60,000 bases of DNA, taken from positions 36,768,001 through 36,828,000 of the forward strand of contig CM119372.1 of NCBI GenBank assembly GCA_051294905.1. Reading direction: 5' to 3'. Source of the DNA: Botryllus schlosseri. Lineage: Eukaryota. The position numbers and the translations under genes are program-made. The notes below the pieces were generated by a model. It ran no database searches. It was not told where the DNA came from and saw only the letters and a list, made by a program, of their open reading frames with translations. Positions 23,749-36,900 of this stretch are shown piece after piece (the stretch's first letter is position 1; the number at the start of each line of letters is the position of its first letter).

Positions 23749-26700
23749 ATCATGCCTTACGCCAGGGGTCGGCAACCTTTTGCTAGTCGCGGGCCAAATT
23801 TCGGGTGTACAATCTTTGGCGGGCCGGATTGTTTCTTAGTACTATATTTTACGCTCACTTCGGTATATTAACCTACATTGCTGCAATCTCAATCATACCA
23901 ATCCGAAGTCACATGTATTTACACTTCAACGACACAGAATAATTGTGACAATTGACGCAGATTGCTTTGAAAATAGACGTCCGAAATACGTGATCTTAGC
24001 TTGCTCTTCGTGAATTTCATTGTTCACATGCGTACGTGCTTCCAAAAATCGATGCAAATTCTTTTGCATTGCTGGTCAAGCAAGGATAAAGACCAATTTC
24101 AAGAACGTACTCTTTGTCAAAGTCATGCAGCGATATTCTCTGTGTATAAAATTTGTCATTCAATTCAACTGCATCGCATTTCAAAAAGGCCCATTTGAAA
24201 TTTTCAGGCAATGGTATTGGCGTCCACATTAAACAGAGTACTGAATAGTCAGAATTCATTTTGTAGAGAAGGAATGTCGGGAAAGAGGGTGAATATTCAG
24301 TAGTTAAATTTCGTATCACAGTTACAAATGTAGTGTTGGTACTAGGTTTTCTCTTCTCCAGTATTGGAAAGTGAGCATAATTTTCTTTGTACTGTTGACA
24401 TTTCCAGAGTCACAGATTTGTTTTGAATGCGCCTCAACATCTCATGTATGTAGTTGTTTTCCCCCTGAAGTTGCAAGTTCAATTTGTTCAGATGTGACGT
24501 TGAGAGATACCCATTTTCGATTACAAGATTATGAGTCGGCGATGTTTGTATTTTCGAGGAAAGTTGCTATTTCATTTCTCAGTTCATACACTCGTGTAAG
24601 TATAGCTGCTCTACTCAATGAGCGAACATGACAGATATAGGCCTACATGACATCGCTATATTGATTCTCTGCTTCTAGTAATATCTGGCGTAACTGATTC
24701 AGTTGATGAGACAAAAATCATATTAACAGTTTTCACCATTGTGGCTAAAACACTATTCAGGTTTTTTGTCTGGGCACACAATGCCTTCTGGAAAGTCAAA
24801 CTATAGACAGGCTAACTAACATACGGAGGCTAGTTATCTATAATTGAATAGTTTGAAATTCTGTCATTGCGTCTGAGATTCTCCAAGCGTTTTTGAAGCA
24901 AAGGAAGAACACGTTTATTGTCACACCCCGTTAGAGTGATTAACCTTTAAAAAAGCATGGAACACCTTCGGTTGCGAGATACACCCGATTGATAAGCAGT
25001 TAAGCACTGACCCAGTCTAGTCTATCTCCATTCCATCTCCTACTTCAACCACCTTCGTTTTATGGCGTAACAATAGAGTAATACGATGTATAGGCTACTA
25101 ATATATCGTAGCAATGCCGCATTTTTTTCATGCAGCGCTGCACTGCAGATTGAAACTCATTATGAAGCGGCGGGCCGTATTCTTGTGATAACTAATTATT
25201 ATGTCGCGGGCCGGACGATTTCGCTTGGCGGGCCGGATCCGGCCCGCGGGCCGTAGGTTGCCGACCCTTGCCTTACGCGGTTATGGAGATATTTCACACA
25301 CATCCTGGAACGAGAGGACTGTTTATGGCTGGAGTATTGTCTGCGAGTCTAAGGTATGACCTATCAGACATTGTGGCTTCGAACGCTAATGGATCATCAT
25401 CCAGTTACATATCTCCTTCCACTGTTTTAACATGGCCTACTAAGAATACGGCCTTACAGTCTGCCTATTGACCTGGAGGCCAAGTCTGTAAAAGTGTAAA
25501 TCTCACGGTTATACCTACGCAGATGGTAAGTAGCGCGCTAGTCAAAACCACAAGTGGATTCTGACCAGGATTTATTGTGTTAAGATGATGGAATATTGTT
25601 TTAACACGGAAACAATCATTTTAGTCCCAAAAGAGATGCTAGTCAGGGGGATAACCAACTGATATCACTGCAAAAACTAGTGCGGATGAATACAGTTGTA
25701 GTTGTTGTTGAAGAAGTCAAGACATTTGCAGTTGTGCGGGGTTGCGCCGTGAGTTGCTGTTCGTCGCATTGCACTTGTTTCTTTCGCTATCTAGAGTATA
25801 TTCACGAGCTAAGGGTCAGTATTATCATTTGATAGGTTAGTTAGCAATCAGGTTACGGTTCCTCGACAGTGCCAGCGGTTCAAGTTGACGCGAAGAACGT
25901 CGTGTTCGAACGGCTCCATTGTAGTATCATAATCTGCTTTCTCGCAAACATAGTCTTGGATACGGGAGTCTATTTGACGAATTGTATAACTGGTAGCTTT
26001 GGTTCTAAGACATTTATGATGACGAAGGCATGTTCATTGTAACTGTTTCTATAGAATTTCATTAATTGTTGCAAGGCTTGGATATGGTGCTGTGTCGGAA
26101 TACTATTTTACTTCAGTGATATATAGGCCAATTTGTTAATATTCATTTTCTAGTGTAGTTAATAGGCGATGGTTCTAAAGTGCTGCGTGGTTGGGTGTAC
26201 TTTTGGATATACTACTGTCGAATCTGCCAAAGTCTCAAGCAGGGGATCAGCATGTTATGTACTATGAGCTACGTTTGGAAGGCTTTCCAAAAATCAAGAA
26301 TGTCATGAAAATTGACGTCAATTGAGGGTGCAGATGCAACATAATGGGATACCTGTGCCTTTACCAACATGGTTCCGCTTCCACACAAGCAAGAATACTC
26401 TGCTCAAAAGGAAATGCGAGCTACTAAACTTCCCAAGCTATTTGGATAGTCTAACTGATCCGGATCCCAAAGTAGATATTTTAGAGCTGCGTAATCTAAG
26501 ATACCACAAAGCTGGAAATACTCTGGCATCATCTAGCACTATGATCCGGTACTGCTTGCTTTTACGTTCTATTTCTTGCCAAGCGTACAAGACACTTTTG
26601 GAAGTGTTCCCTATGCCATCTTTGAGCTGTTTGCGAACAAGACTAAAGGGACTGTTGATTTATCAAAGGCCATGGACATTTCTGAGGATGTCATTGTGAT

Positions 26701-29700
26701 GATGGATGAAATGTATCTGCAAATAATTGTGCAATATCATGGTGGCAAATGTAATGGTGCTGATGAAGACGGAAGTATTTGTTAAGGCGTTATAGTGATA
26801 ATGATCAAGAAACTTGAAAAATCGCTTCCTTTAGTCCTACAAATTTAACCAGAAACACAACTCTAAGGTGCCTGGTTAACGCAAAAGCTGTCTGATCTCG
26901 GATCTCGGATTTAATGCGAGAGGTATTGCTTCTGACAACCACAGCACCAACGTTCGTGCTTTCAATATACTGTCATCACAGTTAGGATCAATCTCCGAGT
27001 TGTTCATCTGTCATCCAAGTTGCAAGACAAAAATCTATCTATTTTATGACAACGTTCATTTGGTGCAGAACCTTCGCAACAATCTACAGAATGGTGGGAG
27101 ATTTTCCTTTCCATCATTATATATCAAAGGTGGCGATATATCCGTAATTAGCCCTGCTGGTTATATTACATTGCAATTGGAGTGTAATTTGCGAATGGCT
27201 CCAAAGCTAACAAAAAAGCACTATATCCTGACCACAACAAGCAGAACGTCAACCTGGCACTCATGGCTATCTTTGATGAAAAAACCATAGCAGCTTGCTC
27301 CAAATACCTTCCAGATAAGGCGGATACCTATTGCTTCCTCAAAGTCATACATATGTGGTGGAGTGGTGGAAACAGCAAGCAGAGGTACTTCCCTAATAGT
27401 CTTGGTAATGCTGTCATTCTACGGACCGCACCGAGTGTAGCTTATCCCTCACGACTGATGAAACCGAAGAGGAATATGATGAATATGATGGATAAGCCTA
27501 GGGGACGGTTGACTGTACCTGTCGTTCAAGTGGCCCATTTTGTATTTGATTCTTTTGCAGTTCTAGATTCGGCTAATCAGCTCATATCCAACCGTGGCAC
27601 TGTTCCTCTGCTCCGTGCAGCATTATGTGTGTTGAATCCCGAATTGGTTGTAATGCACATAGTGAAAATAGTACAAATGTCGCATTCAAAAAAATTGTGA
27701 ACATTTTTTACAATAGTTAGCAAAAATTTGCGAATTCCTCACTAAGGGAATTTCGCCAATTTAAAGAGAGGCAAAGGCAAAAGTAGTGATATATGGCTGT
27801 GATATTTGTTTCCTGAGGCTCTAATTCAAGAGTTTCTGCACCCATTTTTCATTGATTATACAAATTTCGTTCCTAATTTTTTCGTTATATATTATTGCAA
27901 TATACTATTTTTTACATACATTGTACACCGGCGTGTTAGTAGAGTACCAAAGACAGGTAGCATCATGACAATATCGCATTTTCTGACCAATTGAGTGCAC
28001 AGCTGGTAAGGGTTGTAAAATAGACTTTAGGCCTCTTAATTTTCAGGTCAATAGGCAGACTGTAAGGCCGTGTTTTTAGTAGGCCATGGTTTTAATTAGA
28101 AGACATGGTTAGCCTTTTACCGGGCGAAGGATTAGCCGTATGCGTAATAGACCCGTGCTACTTGTGTTTACGTTTAGCTCGAATTTTTGGAAGCACGAAA
28201 AAGTATATCTTGTCCAAGTTACAATATAATTTATTCATGAAATATTACAGTACAGTATCGTCGGGTATGAACTCAATGGTCTCCCTTATCATTACCGACT
28301 ACATCAGACCCAATACAGCATGGAGAGATTCACGATACGAAAGAGCAAGCAAGGGTAATATACGTTAAAATAAAATTCGGGGAATGATCGCTGAAGTCAT
28401 TATAGTGTGGGGAGATTATTATACACTATAGCAGGGCGGGCAACATACGGCCCGCAGGCCGGATCCGGCTCGCGAGGGGATTTGGAGCGGCCCGCGGAGA
28501 GTTTCTAACTTGAAAGTGAAATTCTATTCTGAAAGCATCGACAAATTTTATGCGTAACAGAATGTATCCAAGTTTGCCAACTTGCATGAGAAAGATGGTC
28601 ATGGATCTATACGTTTCTGCTCGGGTCTTCATATATTTGCGAACAAACACATTCGACCACCAACATTACCAAGACAGAGCTGCGTTCCAATATAACTGAT
28701 GTTCATGTGCAGTCTTCACTAAGGGTTTCTACATCCAACATGCAGCTAATGTTCAAAGAACTTATTGACAACTTTGATAGACCACAGATATCTGATTGAC
28801 TTCAACAGCTATTGAAGTACATTAGGATAATGAATTCATTAAATACTGTTTTTGGTCTCCCGGCTTTACACTTAAAGTTTACATTAAATACTATTTATTC
28901 CTTGCATAGGTGAATAAATATGCCAAGTACTTTATTTTCCCCATATCAAGACCGCCACGCCTGCACTATAGCCGACATAAAATTAGTTCGGTTACCAATT
29001 CCTGGAATATTTAAGACAACGTTGGCGACGGATACAGGTATTTATGAACAGTGAACACCAATGTATGTCAGTCTAGCGCACAATGGTAATGTTGTGAAAT
29101 GAAAAGGGATATGATCGACAACACCAGCTCTCCTACTCATATGTTTTATCTCCACATTTATATTGATATAACAACCAAAAATCGCATCAAACGATTTCAA
29201 TAACAAGTAGAACGAAACGAACTGTAGGTACACTATATAAAGCAGTGGTTCCCAACCTTTTTGTCTTCATTCCCCACTTCAGATTTATTCCGAGCCTTCA
29301 TTCCCCACCAGGACCGTAACAGCTCTTTGTCAGCCCCGCCAAAAAAACGTTGGTCTTGGGCCCCAGAACCCCTTCAGCGCCGCTGAGCCTGTACGCTTTT
29401 CTCTGCAACTTATCGGCTGCATTGGGTCTACTGTTTAGTGCAGGGCTTCTCAGCCCTTTCTTGGCCGTGGCCCATTTTCCGATTTGAAAATGTGATGTGG
29501 CCCACCTCTTATCTTGGAATCATAATCCTGTTCAATGCGTGGTAATCAACAGTGGCAAACTGGTGATATGCCTATTTCCCTACAATACGCGCATTTTTAC
29601 TTAATTTACTAATGATATTTAAACAACACATCCCGGGACACAAAATCGTGCGAAGCGCGACGAAATTTTTCACGTTGAGTAAATATGCTCCAACAAACGA

Positions 29701-32700
29701 CCAACGAAATAATCTTGAGCCCCTTCAAGCTCCCCTAATGGGTGCAGCACTTACAGCCTGGTAGATCATATAGGCTAAAACTTCTGAGTATATTATGATC
29801 TTCCACTACACCATTCGCGTCGCGAAACACAATGATCAAATCCCCGCGTCCACTGTGTGGCTGAGATTTTAGTTCCACTATTTTGAGGAATAATATAATC
29901 ATTCTGGACCAGATTCAAATATTTCATTGATGAATGGGGTCCTACAGAGAAGTGGAGAAATGTTAGTTTAAAATATGCATGCTGTACAATGCAGTGTTGG
30001 GATGACTCGAGTCAGGACTTGACTCGAGTCAGACTCCAGTCACCTTTTTTGCATGACTTGACTTGACTCGAGTCACTTTGCTAAAATGACTTGACTTGAC
30101 TTGACTCGGCGTATCAGAAATGAGGATTGACTCGTGACTCGGAGCAAAATTCACGAGTCAATTTTCAAGTCATCAAGTATAATCGGTGTCGATAAGAATC
30201 ACTGTATCTTGGATATCTTCGGATTGTCCGCGAAACGCTTGTGTAACCCGTGAGAGCGACCAATCATTCAATGACCGTGCGTTTCACCGAGCCTCAATTG
30301 TTCTCTCACAAATAAATTGACCGCCAACGAGGTTATCGAAGCTTACAGCTTAAGTTGTCGTAACTCTAGTAGTAAAGTAATAGAATATCATGTCTATTTC
30401 TGTTCTCTGTTAACCAAACCTCTTGTTTTATTGAAATTGAAGTCGAATATAGTTTATATAGTCCATTGGCGCAGGCTCGAATGGTAGCCTGTCATATCTA
30501 TTTGTAAATGGGTAATGTATTGCATGTTATCAATTCGTTTCTATATTCTATATTTTGGCTGGTAACTATAAACTGAGGCTATAACGCAATTACGTATATG
30601 TGAGCGACACAGCGCATGCTTGTGTGTATATTTAACTTTAGATTCGTTCATCGGTTCGGAATCAATGACCACTAAAACTGTATTTCAGACAGCTAGCAAA
30701 TTGCAATGACGTTGGCTAATCATGCCTTATACATACTTCGAAAAGGCAACTTGACTTGAAATGTGACTTGACTCGTGACTTGACTTGACTTGACTCGACT
30801 TGACTCGAGTCACCTCCAAAAATCGAGTGACTTGACTTGACTCGAGTCACCTTTGAAAATTGATTGACTTGACTTGACTCGAGTCAAAATGCGCAATGAC
30901 TCGAAATGACTCGTGACTCGAAGGTAGTGACTTGATCCCAACACTGGTACAATGTACAATATGTCTTGTACCAAAACATCATTGCATACCCCTTTCAACG
31001 GCATACGACATATCAACTCGCTAGAATACTTGTTTACGTCAGCATTACCTTCCAGTTATTATATACTCAAAATTGTTTTAGCTGCTGTTAGCCGTTGGTT
31101 GTCATTGCCAGTGGAAAAAGCCGCCATTTCTCGTTAACGTTTTGGACTAGTAGGCTATACATGCTGACTCCAAACGTGCCACTACGTCTAATTACAGTCG
31201 GATGAAAAGTTTTATGCAGCCTACGTATAATTAGATAATGTATTTTGTAGCGATTAACATAACAAATAAAACCTGACTTACATTAATTCTGAAATTTTCT
31301 AAATAGCTTTGTGGCCCACCTCAAATGTTGCTGTGGCCCACCCTTTGAGAACCCCTGGTTTAGTGCATCGCCTTACCACGACTAAACGCGCGAAGCGCAA
31401 AAAAATTATCTAATTCGTGTTTGAATCGGACAATTTGGTCGGGAATTTCATATATTTAGCTATCAATTTTTCATCCCCCCTCGGCTCACGTATTCAGATT
31501 TATCGGTTGAGCTGAGGGAGTTATGTTGGAAAAGGTAGGACCCCTAAATAAGAATTGAACATCTTCGGGTGGACCCGTTGGTATATTGACTTCGTTACAT
31601 AATGCTATTTCGTGACCTCCTATATATCTGTTATGACAAAAGATATGGAATCGCCAAAACTGAAAGGCACACACGATTTCAAATTGGTATTGCTTTACTG
31701 GCAAATTATTTTTCCCTGCGGGATGGCATTTGTCCTGTGGGGTTCAGATCGCTAGGACAGAAACATTCAGCGCCAGCCATTTAAATCCAGTTAATTAAAC
31801 ATATATATTGTATATATATCGACGTTTTGGGTCACCACAAGGGCATTACTTTTCGGCCAAGGTCTTCTCGCTGCTGATCGTTCTGGCACTCTTCTCAGAG
31901 ATGCATGTTACATGGCCTATAACTTCATATGCCTTGGTGCGTCGTGGCACAGTAATGGCCGACGCCGAAGTCTCCATTTCAATAAATTCTACGTAGTTTC
32001 GTGGGGAAGGGTACTCAATAATCAGATATTCGGCAATATGAAATCGAGCACCCAGCGCGAAATTTTTTCGGAAAAGTGGCATAAATTTTTAAATACTTTA
32101 ATTTATGTTAATTCACAAAATAATTTTGGGCCCCTTCCAGCTACCCCTCCCCAATTTAGGGGTTTAGGGTGCGGCAGTTACGGTCCTGTTCCCCACTACC
32201 CAGAACTTTTGTCATCACAGAGCAGCTATTTGCTGGTTTGACTGCACAAGACGCTCAACCGCACCGCTACGCAAGAAAATCGCCTATAACTGCAATATAA
32301 AACGAATTGTGAACCGATACCAGTAACGCACATAATTTCGCGAAAGCGTTATTTCACGTCCAATTAGTCGTGCTGGATGCGTTTGTGACGCCATCATTGG
32401 CTACCCAGAGTCAAAAATGAGGTTTTGTGAACAACACGCAATATAATTTTCGACACATCATACATTACAGAGCAGTTAACTGGTAGCGGTAATTGCGCAC
32501 GTGTCTCCGTGAATACGTCGACTGTCCTGTATATAATTTTGAACAAATGCGTCTATTCCCCACCAGAAAACATTGAATTTCCCACCAGTGGGGAATTCTC
32601 CACCGTTTGGGAACCACTGATATAAAGCAATCGGAAAAATAGACTTGCACTTTTGTTGGACGTTCACCATTCGTATACCACGCAAAGCATACTCAAAAAG

Positions 32701-33759
32701 GTAGCACAGTCAGCTACAACCAGATTCAGCATATTAGCTAGAGCATGGTATTATCAACAATTGAAGTTTTGTACCTCCAAGAAGCTCTTATTAATAATTA
32801 CCTTGACTACCTTCGCTTATCGCATGCATGACGAAACTGCTAGCATAAAACTATTTATACTGTTTCGAAACTATAGTGACTGTTGATCGTTGAATATCAT
32901 CGAAGCTATTCCAATCATACAATCGCCATTAAAGTAACTATGTCTCCCTAGGGCTGACTATATGTTTGGGTTTGGTAATCATGGCAACGGCATTTGCGTC
33001 GTCAGCCCTTGGTGCTCTTGTTACAATGACGGCAGCGATTACTGGCTCATTCTCCGGTCCATTTATTGGAATCTTCATGATGGGGATTTGGACCTCCTTC
33101 TACAACTCATGGGTGAGTGAAACAACTGACTTGCGACTGTAGGACACATGCTGGAAAGGTGAATTATTGTTTTAAGGGAGCCGGCGTAGGTTTCATCAGT
33201 GGTGCAGCAATATCGTTCTCCACATTCCTTGGAGGCCTTGGTGCTGATAAGCCTGCCTATCTTACACAGAAATTACCCGTTTCAACATCGCTTTGCCGAT
33301 TGGAATGTAGTTATTCGTATTCAATTAATATGACATTGATGAATCATCGAAACGGCCTGCATTTTACCACTGAACAACCGAACACAGATGCTTCTTCGTA
33401 TGCTCAGCAAAACGAATATTCATTCATAGAAAACTACCTATTCACTTCATTCATATTTATACCGTTTATTGGATTGGTGGTATCAGTATTTGTTGGAACC
33501 ATCGTAAGCCTTTTATCAGGTGAGTGGTACAGATTTATTTGAGTAAGCCGTCACAACATGAATCTGTGAAGTTTCTGCTTAATGTCATTCTATAGGTAGA
33601 TGGAAGGACCGGAGCCTTGTTGACAAATCGACGATTGATCCGATTTCTACGAAGATCTTGTGTCAATGTTTGCCTGGTGAAAAAAAGAATCGTAACGACG
33701 AGGGGGAATATAGAGACGAAGTTGACATGGACGAAATAAATAATCCCTTAATGTCGTAA
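23749..33759 (+). CDS. SLC5 sodium:solute symporter (SLC5A8/SLC5A12/SMVT-like), 3' half; first visible exon disrupted by hAT insertion
   Basis: Exons 23749-23762 + 25279-25353 (IMPYAVMEIFHTHPGTRGLFMAGVLSASLS), 28251-28354 (TVSSGMNSMVSLIITDYIRP..), 32952-33112 (GLTICLGL..GPFIGIFMMGIWTSFYNSW), 33177-33519, 33596-33759 (stop TAA); GT-AG boundaries with consistent phases. Confidence 0.88.
23763..25270 (-). mobile_element. hAT (Buster/Charlie, GTF2IRD2-like) deletion derivative inserted in SLC5 exon
   Basis: TIR CAGGGGTCGGCAACC / GGTTGCCGACCCTTG; TSD CCTTACGC (23755-23762, 25271-25278); - strand remnant FASIFGSTYACEQ. Confidence 0.93.
25431..28088 (+). mobile_element. Decayed P-element (THAP9-like) DNA transposon in SLC5 intron
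   Basis: ~45-bp TIR CATGGCCTACTAA..ACGGCCTTACAGTCTGCCTATTGACCTG; 7-bp TSD GTTTTAA; fragments MVLKCCVVGC (THAP), AYKTLLEVFPMPS, MMDEMYLQ, SDNHSTNVRAF, FYDNVHLVQNLRNNL, LRMAPKLT, AIFDEKTIAA with frameshifts and stops. Confidence 0.92.
28432..28963 (+). mobile_element. hAT Buster/Charlie-type MITE with transposase C-terminal remnant
   Basis: TSD CACTATAG on both sides; GGCCCGC motifs; internal LGSSYICEQT..LRSNITD.H remnant. Confidence 0.85.
29441..31357. mobile_element. hAT MITE, nest level 3
   Basis: Ends CAGGGCTTCTCA / TGAGAACCCCTG; TSD GTTTAGTG. Confidence 0.88.
29992..30946. mobile_element. hAT MITE with GACTCGAGTC/GACTT subterminal arrays, nest level 4
   Basis: TIR CAGTGTTGGGAT / ATCCCAACACTG; TSD GTACAATG. 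Confidence 0.92.
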
Positions 33760-36700
33760 GCAATGTATGAGGAACCATGCGCTAGTCATGTGAATATTGG
33801 TGACCCGGTTGCTTTTTTTAAATTTATTAGTAATTACTAGTACCAGAAAAGGAAATGCAACTAACGAAAACATAATAGTAATGACAGAGGTGGTCAGTAA
33901 CGAGCAGACTTGGACAACTAGAAAATTTTCAGTTTTTCCAAATTAGATTAGTATTCAGCTTTCTCCAAATTATATTAGAATTAGAATTACTGAATTCGAA
34001 AAAACTTGGAAATTGATTGAAATTGTGAATGACAAATAAATACAGTAAAAACGAAGTTCAGTTCATATCAAATCACAGTGCGTTCTGATAAGCATGAGAA
34101 TAGCTATAACGTCTGTACACCAAGCTTGGCTCGTTTTGCACTCACCAGGCGTCACCAAGATGTGGGAGTCCGGCGATCTGATTTGTTATTTTGGAAGAAC
34201 GCGAAGTAAAGCATTTCAAAAAGCTGAAATTGATTTTAGTTTCAAATTGTTATTGTTGTTTCAAAATGTGATTTTCGCGCGTACCCAACATCACTATATT
34301 CTGCACCAGATGAAACTGCTTCGGCGTTGTACTAACGCACGACTGTTATTCGTCATTTTCACTACTATGATTGTACGGTGTAACTGTAGAGTGCAACTAA
34401 TGCGATGGCGGCTTGGCACTGGATTACCTGCGCGAAAGAGACATTCTTGTTAACTCGCTGCAAAATGCCGCGGACAACGAATCATTTTCAGGAAGACAAT
34501 AAATAAGATTAGAATTATAATTAGAGCATGGAAACCTTTCACAAATTAGAACAGAATTAGATTACTGGCATTTCGCTCTGATTTAATGAAATTAGACCAC
34601 TGGAATTATCTAGTTGTCCAAGTACGAGGTGACTTTATTTTATACAAAATTGCCGCAAAAATCGATACCGAATGTGGCAACCCGGTTATGCACACACTCG
34701 ACCTGTTCATATGCAAAACATACCCGCATTGCATGTATTGCATTATCGGTGGTAATGTTCATTCTTGGTGGTGTCCATTCTCGGTATTGTCCGTTCTCGG
34801 TAATCTCCATTCTCGGTATTGAACGAACACCCTTTTCGAGTAGAGCAGGGTGGAGTTAGCATGTGTTCAGCTTCCGATATCTGTCTGATGATTCTCGAGG
34901 AAACCACCGCTACAGCTCAGACATTTTAAATTGGTGCTTCCTGCGGCAAGCTTATGAATAGCGCTGAATAGATGTTTGCGCAGCCAGGGGGTCGAGTTTG
35001 CGAACCACTGCGTTAGATGGTGGTCCAGTAACCTTGAGCCCTGATTCGCATTTAGCATTTACTATGCGTTGCAGCCTTGCGCAAATGTGCATCCTTATTT
35101 CGGCTAGGCCAGCGATGCTCAACCTGCGGACGTACGGCCTCCTTCAGCCACAAACCCATAATTTTGCGACCTTCTACACATATTTAAATTAGCGTGTGTT
35201 GGCGGTCGTCATTATGCAACGAATTGTTGCTGGTTCGAGTCTCGGCTCAGCCATGTTTCTATGTGTCGGAGGTTCATCTAGGCTCCTCGTCGCCGTCGTA
35301 GCGTCTTGAAAAGCCTAGCTAGAAGAAGAGTGAGCCGAGCTCCAAAGTCAGCAGCAGAATCGTGAAAGTGGACGCACGTTAGCGAGAGAGAATGAAGAGT
35401 GGGAGTGCGCGAGCAAGCGAAAGTCGTCCTCATTACCCAAAGCAAAGACACTAAACATTAATAAATGCTGCTCATTGAATGTGTTGATGTTAGGTACTGA
35501 GAAACTGACGGTTAATTAAAAAATATCTATTATTCGTCATGATTCGAAACGTTGCATTTTTTTCTGAAATTCGTCTGTCTTCCTGCTTTTGGCAAAAGAC
35601 CTACTTCAATTAAAATCCTAAATGTCTACGAAATGCTCGGCGCAAACTAAAATTAAATCACAAGGCTTCGAGTCACAAGTCAATCTCACTTATATAGCTT
35701 TGACTCGAGTGAAGTATAGTCATTTTTAGTTCACCCCCGGGTCAAGTCCGAGTCCAAGTAAGCGAGCAGAGGGTCGCGAGTCTGAGTCCAAGTCATTGCG
35801 ATGACTGCTCAGTTTCACGTTGAAGTCTTGATAAAACCATTTTTTATAGATGTGTTTTGTGATATCGAATGGTTCGCATTTAACATATACTAATTTTTCT
35901 CACTTTCAACAGTTTCTGGTCGCATTTTCAAGTACCAGTACCAATAGGCGAAATCCCAATAGCGTTGTTACTTTACTATTCTTCGAAATTGCAATGAAAT
36001 GTCGGTCTTTGCCGTCTGAGAGTCGAGTCAAATGACTTGATCCGAGTCATTCGCCCCGTAGGCAGAAGTTCGGTTTATCACTTATGCGGGACCGAAGACC
36101 AACGTTTTATTGGGGGTGGGGGTGTGGGGGTTGGCTGTCGAAGCGCTGTTATGGTCCTGGAGTCGAGTGGAGTCCTTTCCGTATTTTGAGAAAATGACTC
36201 GAGAGTCAAATCGGGTCATCAGAAAATCGCAACTTGAGTCGGACTTGAGTCGAGTCATGACGCGAGTCAATACAAACCTGTACCCCTGACTCTAGTATAC
36301 AAATATTTAGTGCTCTAAACCTTCTTTGAATTTCAGCTTTTTGCCTCTTTTCTTGACATGCCCGTTCATCCTTTATGGGTGATAGATACGATGAGTCATG
36401 TATTAATCGCGAGCACTGATTGACTTGTTTTACGAATTAGGGAGTTGGAAACGTATCCGGTATCAATTTGAAAGACGGCAGACCAGCCGTATAATGCACA
36501 ATGTGACAATGGCAACAAAGAAGGTTTTAACTAAACTATATAGAAAGAGTGACTTCTTGTGACATTAATTGCTACTCATACTTGCTACATTGACTTCATT
36601 TTGAATCTGGATTATGCATGCGAGGTGTACGTAGGCAGCGTAATCGTGGCGTATTAATTAACAGGCTTCAATGTAAGCGATTTTCCTGTCCAGCTGATAC

Positions 36701-36900
36701 AGCATATGGTTTTAGTCCGCGCATCAACATTCAAAAAGCAGGTTTTATGTTTTGAATTCCAAGCATGCTCTCGCGAGCCGCACAGAATAGCTCCGCGGGC
36801 CGCATTTGGCCTGGGGGCCGCACTTTGCCCAAGTCTGGGCTGCAGTATAGATCAGTGGTTCTAGTGGCGATGATTACATCCAAGTGAAATTGCATCGAAC

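Larger units (their letters stand above)
29309..32188. mobile_element. hAT MITE (CAGGACCGTAAC family), nest level 2
   Basis: TIR CAGGACCGTAAC / GTTACGGTCCTG; TSD TTCCCCAC. Confidence 0.9.
29243..32619. mobile_element. hAT MITE, outermost of 4-level nest
   Basis: TIR CAGTGGTTCCCAA / TTGGGAACCACTG; TSD ATATAAAG. Confidence 0.9.

Noticed and set aside
31486..32241. Short ORFs repeated at 50231-50703
   Set aside because: Similar translations only reflect two copies of the same non-coding MITE family.
33885..34601. Complete hAT MITE
   Set aside because: The left end resembles the 7140 family, but no matching TSD or clean right TIR was found.
34748..34910. Hammerhead ribozyme core (CTGATGA..GAAA with GUA site)
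   Set aside because: Stem II is too short and stem I does not pair.
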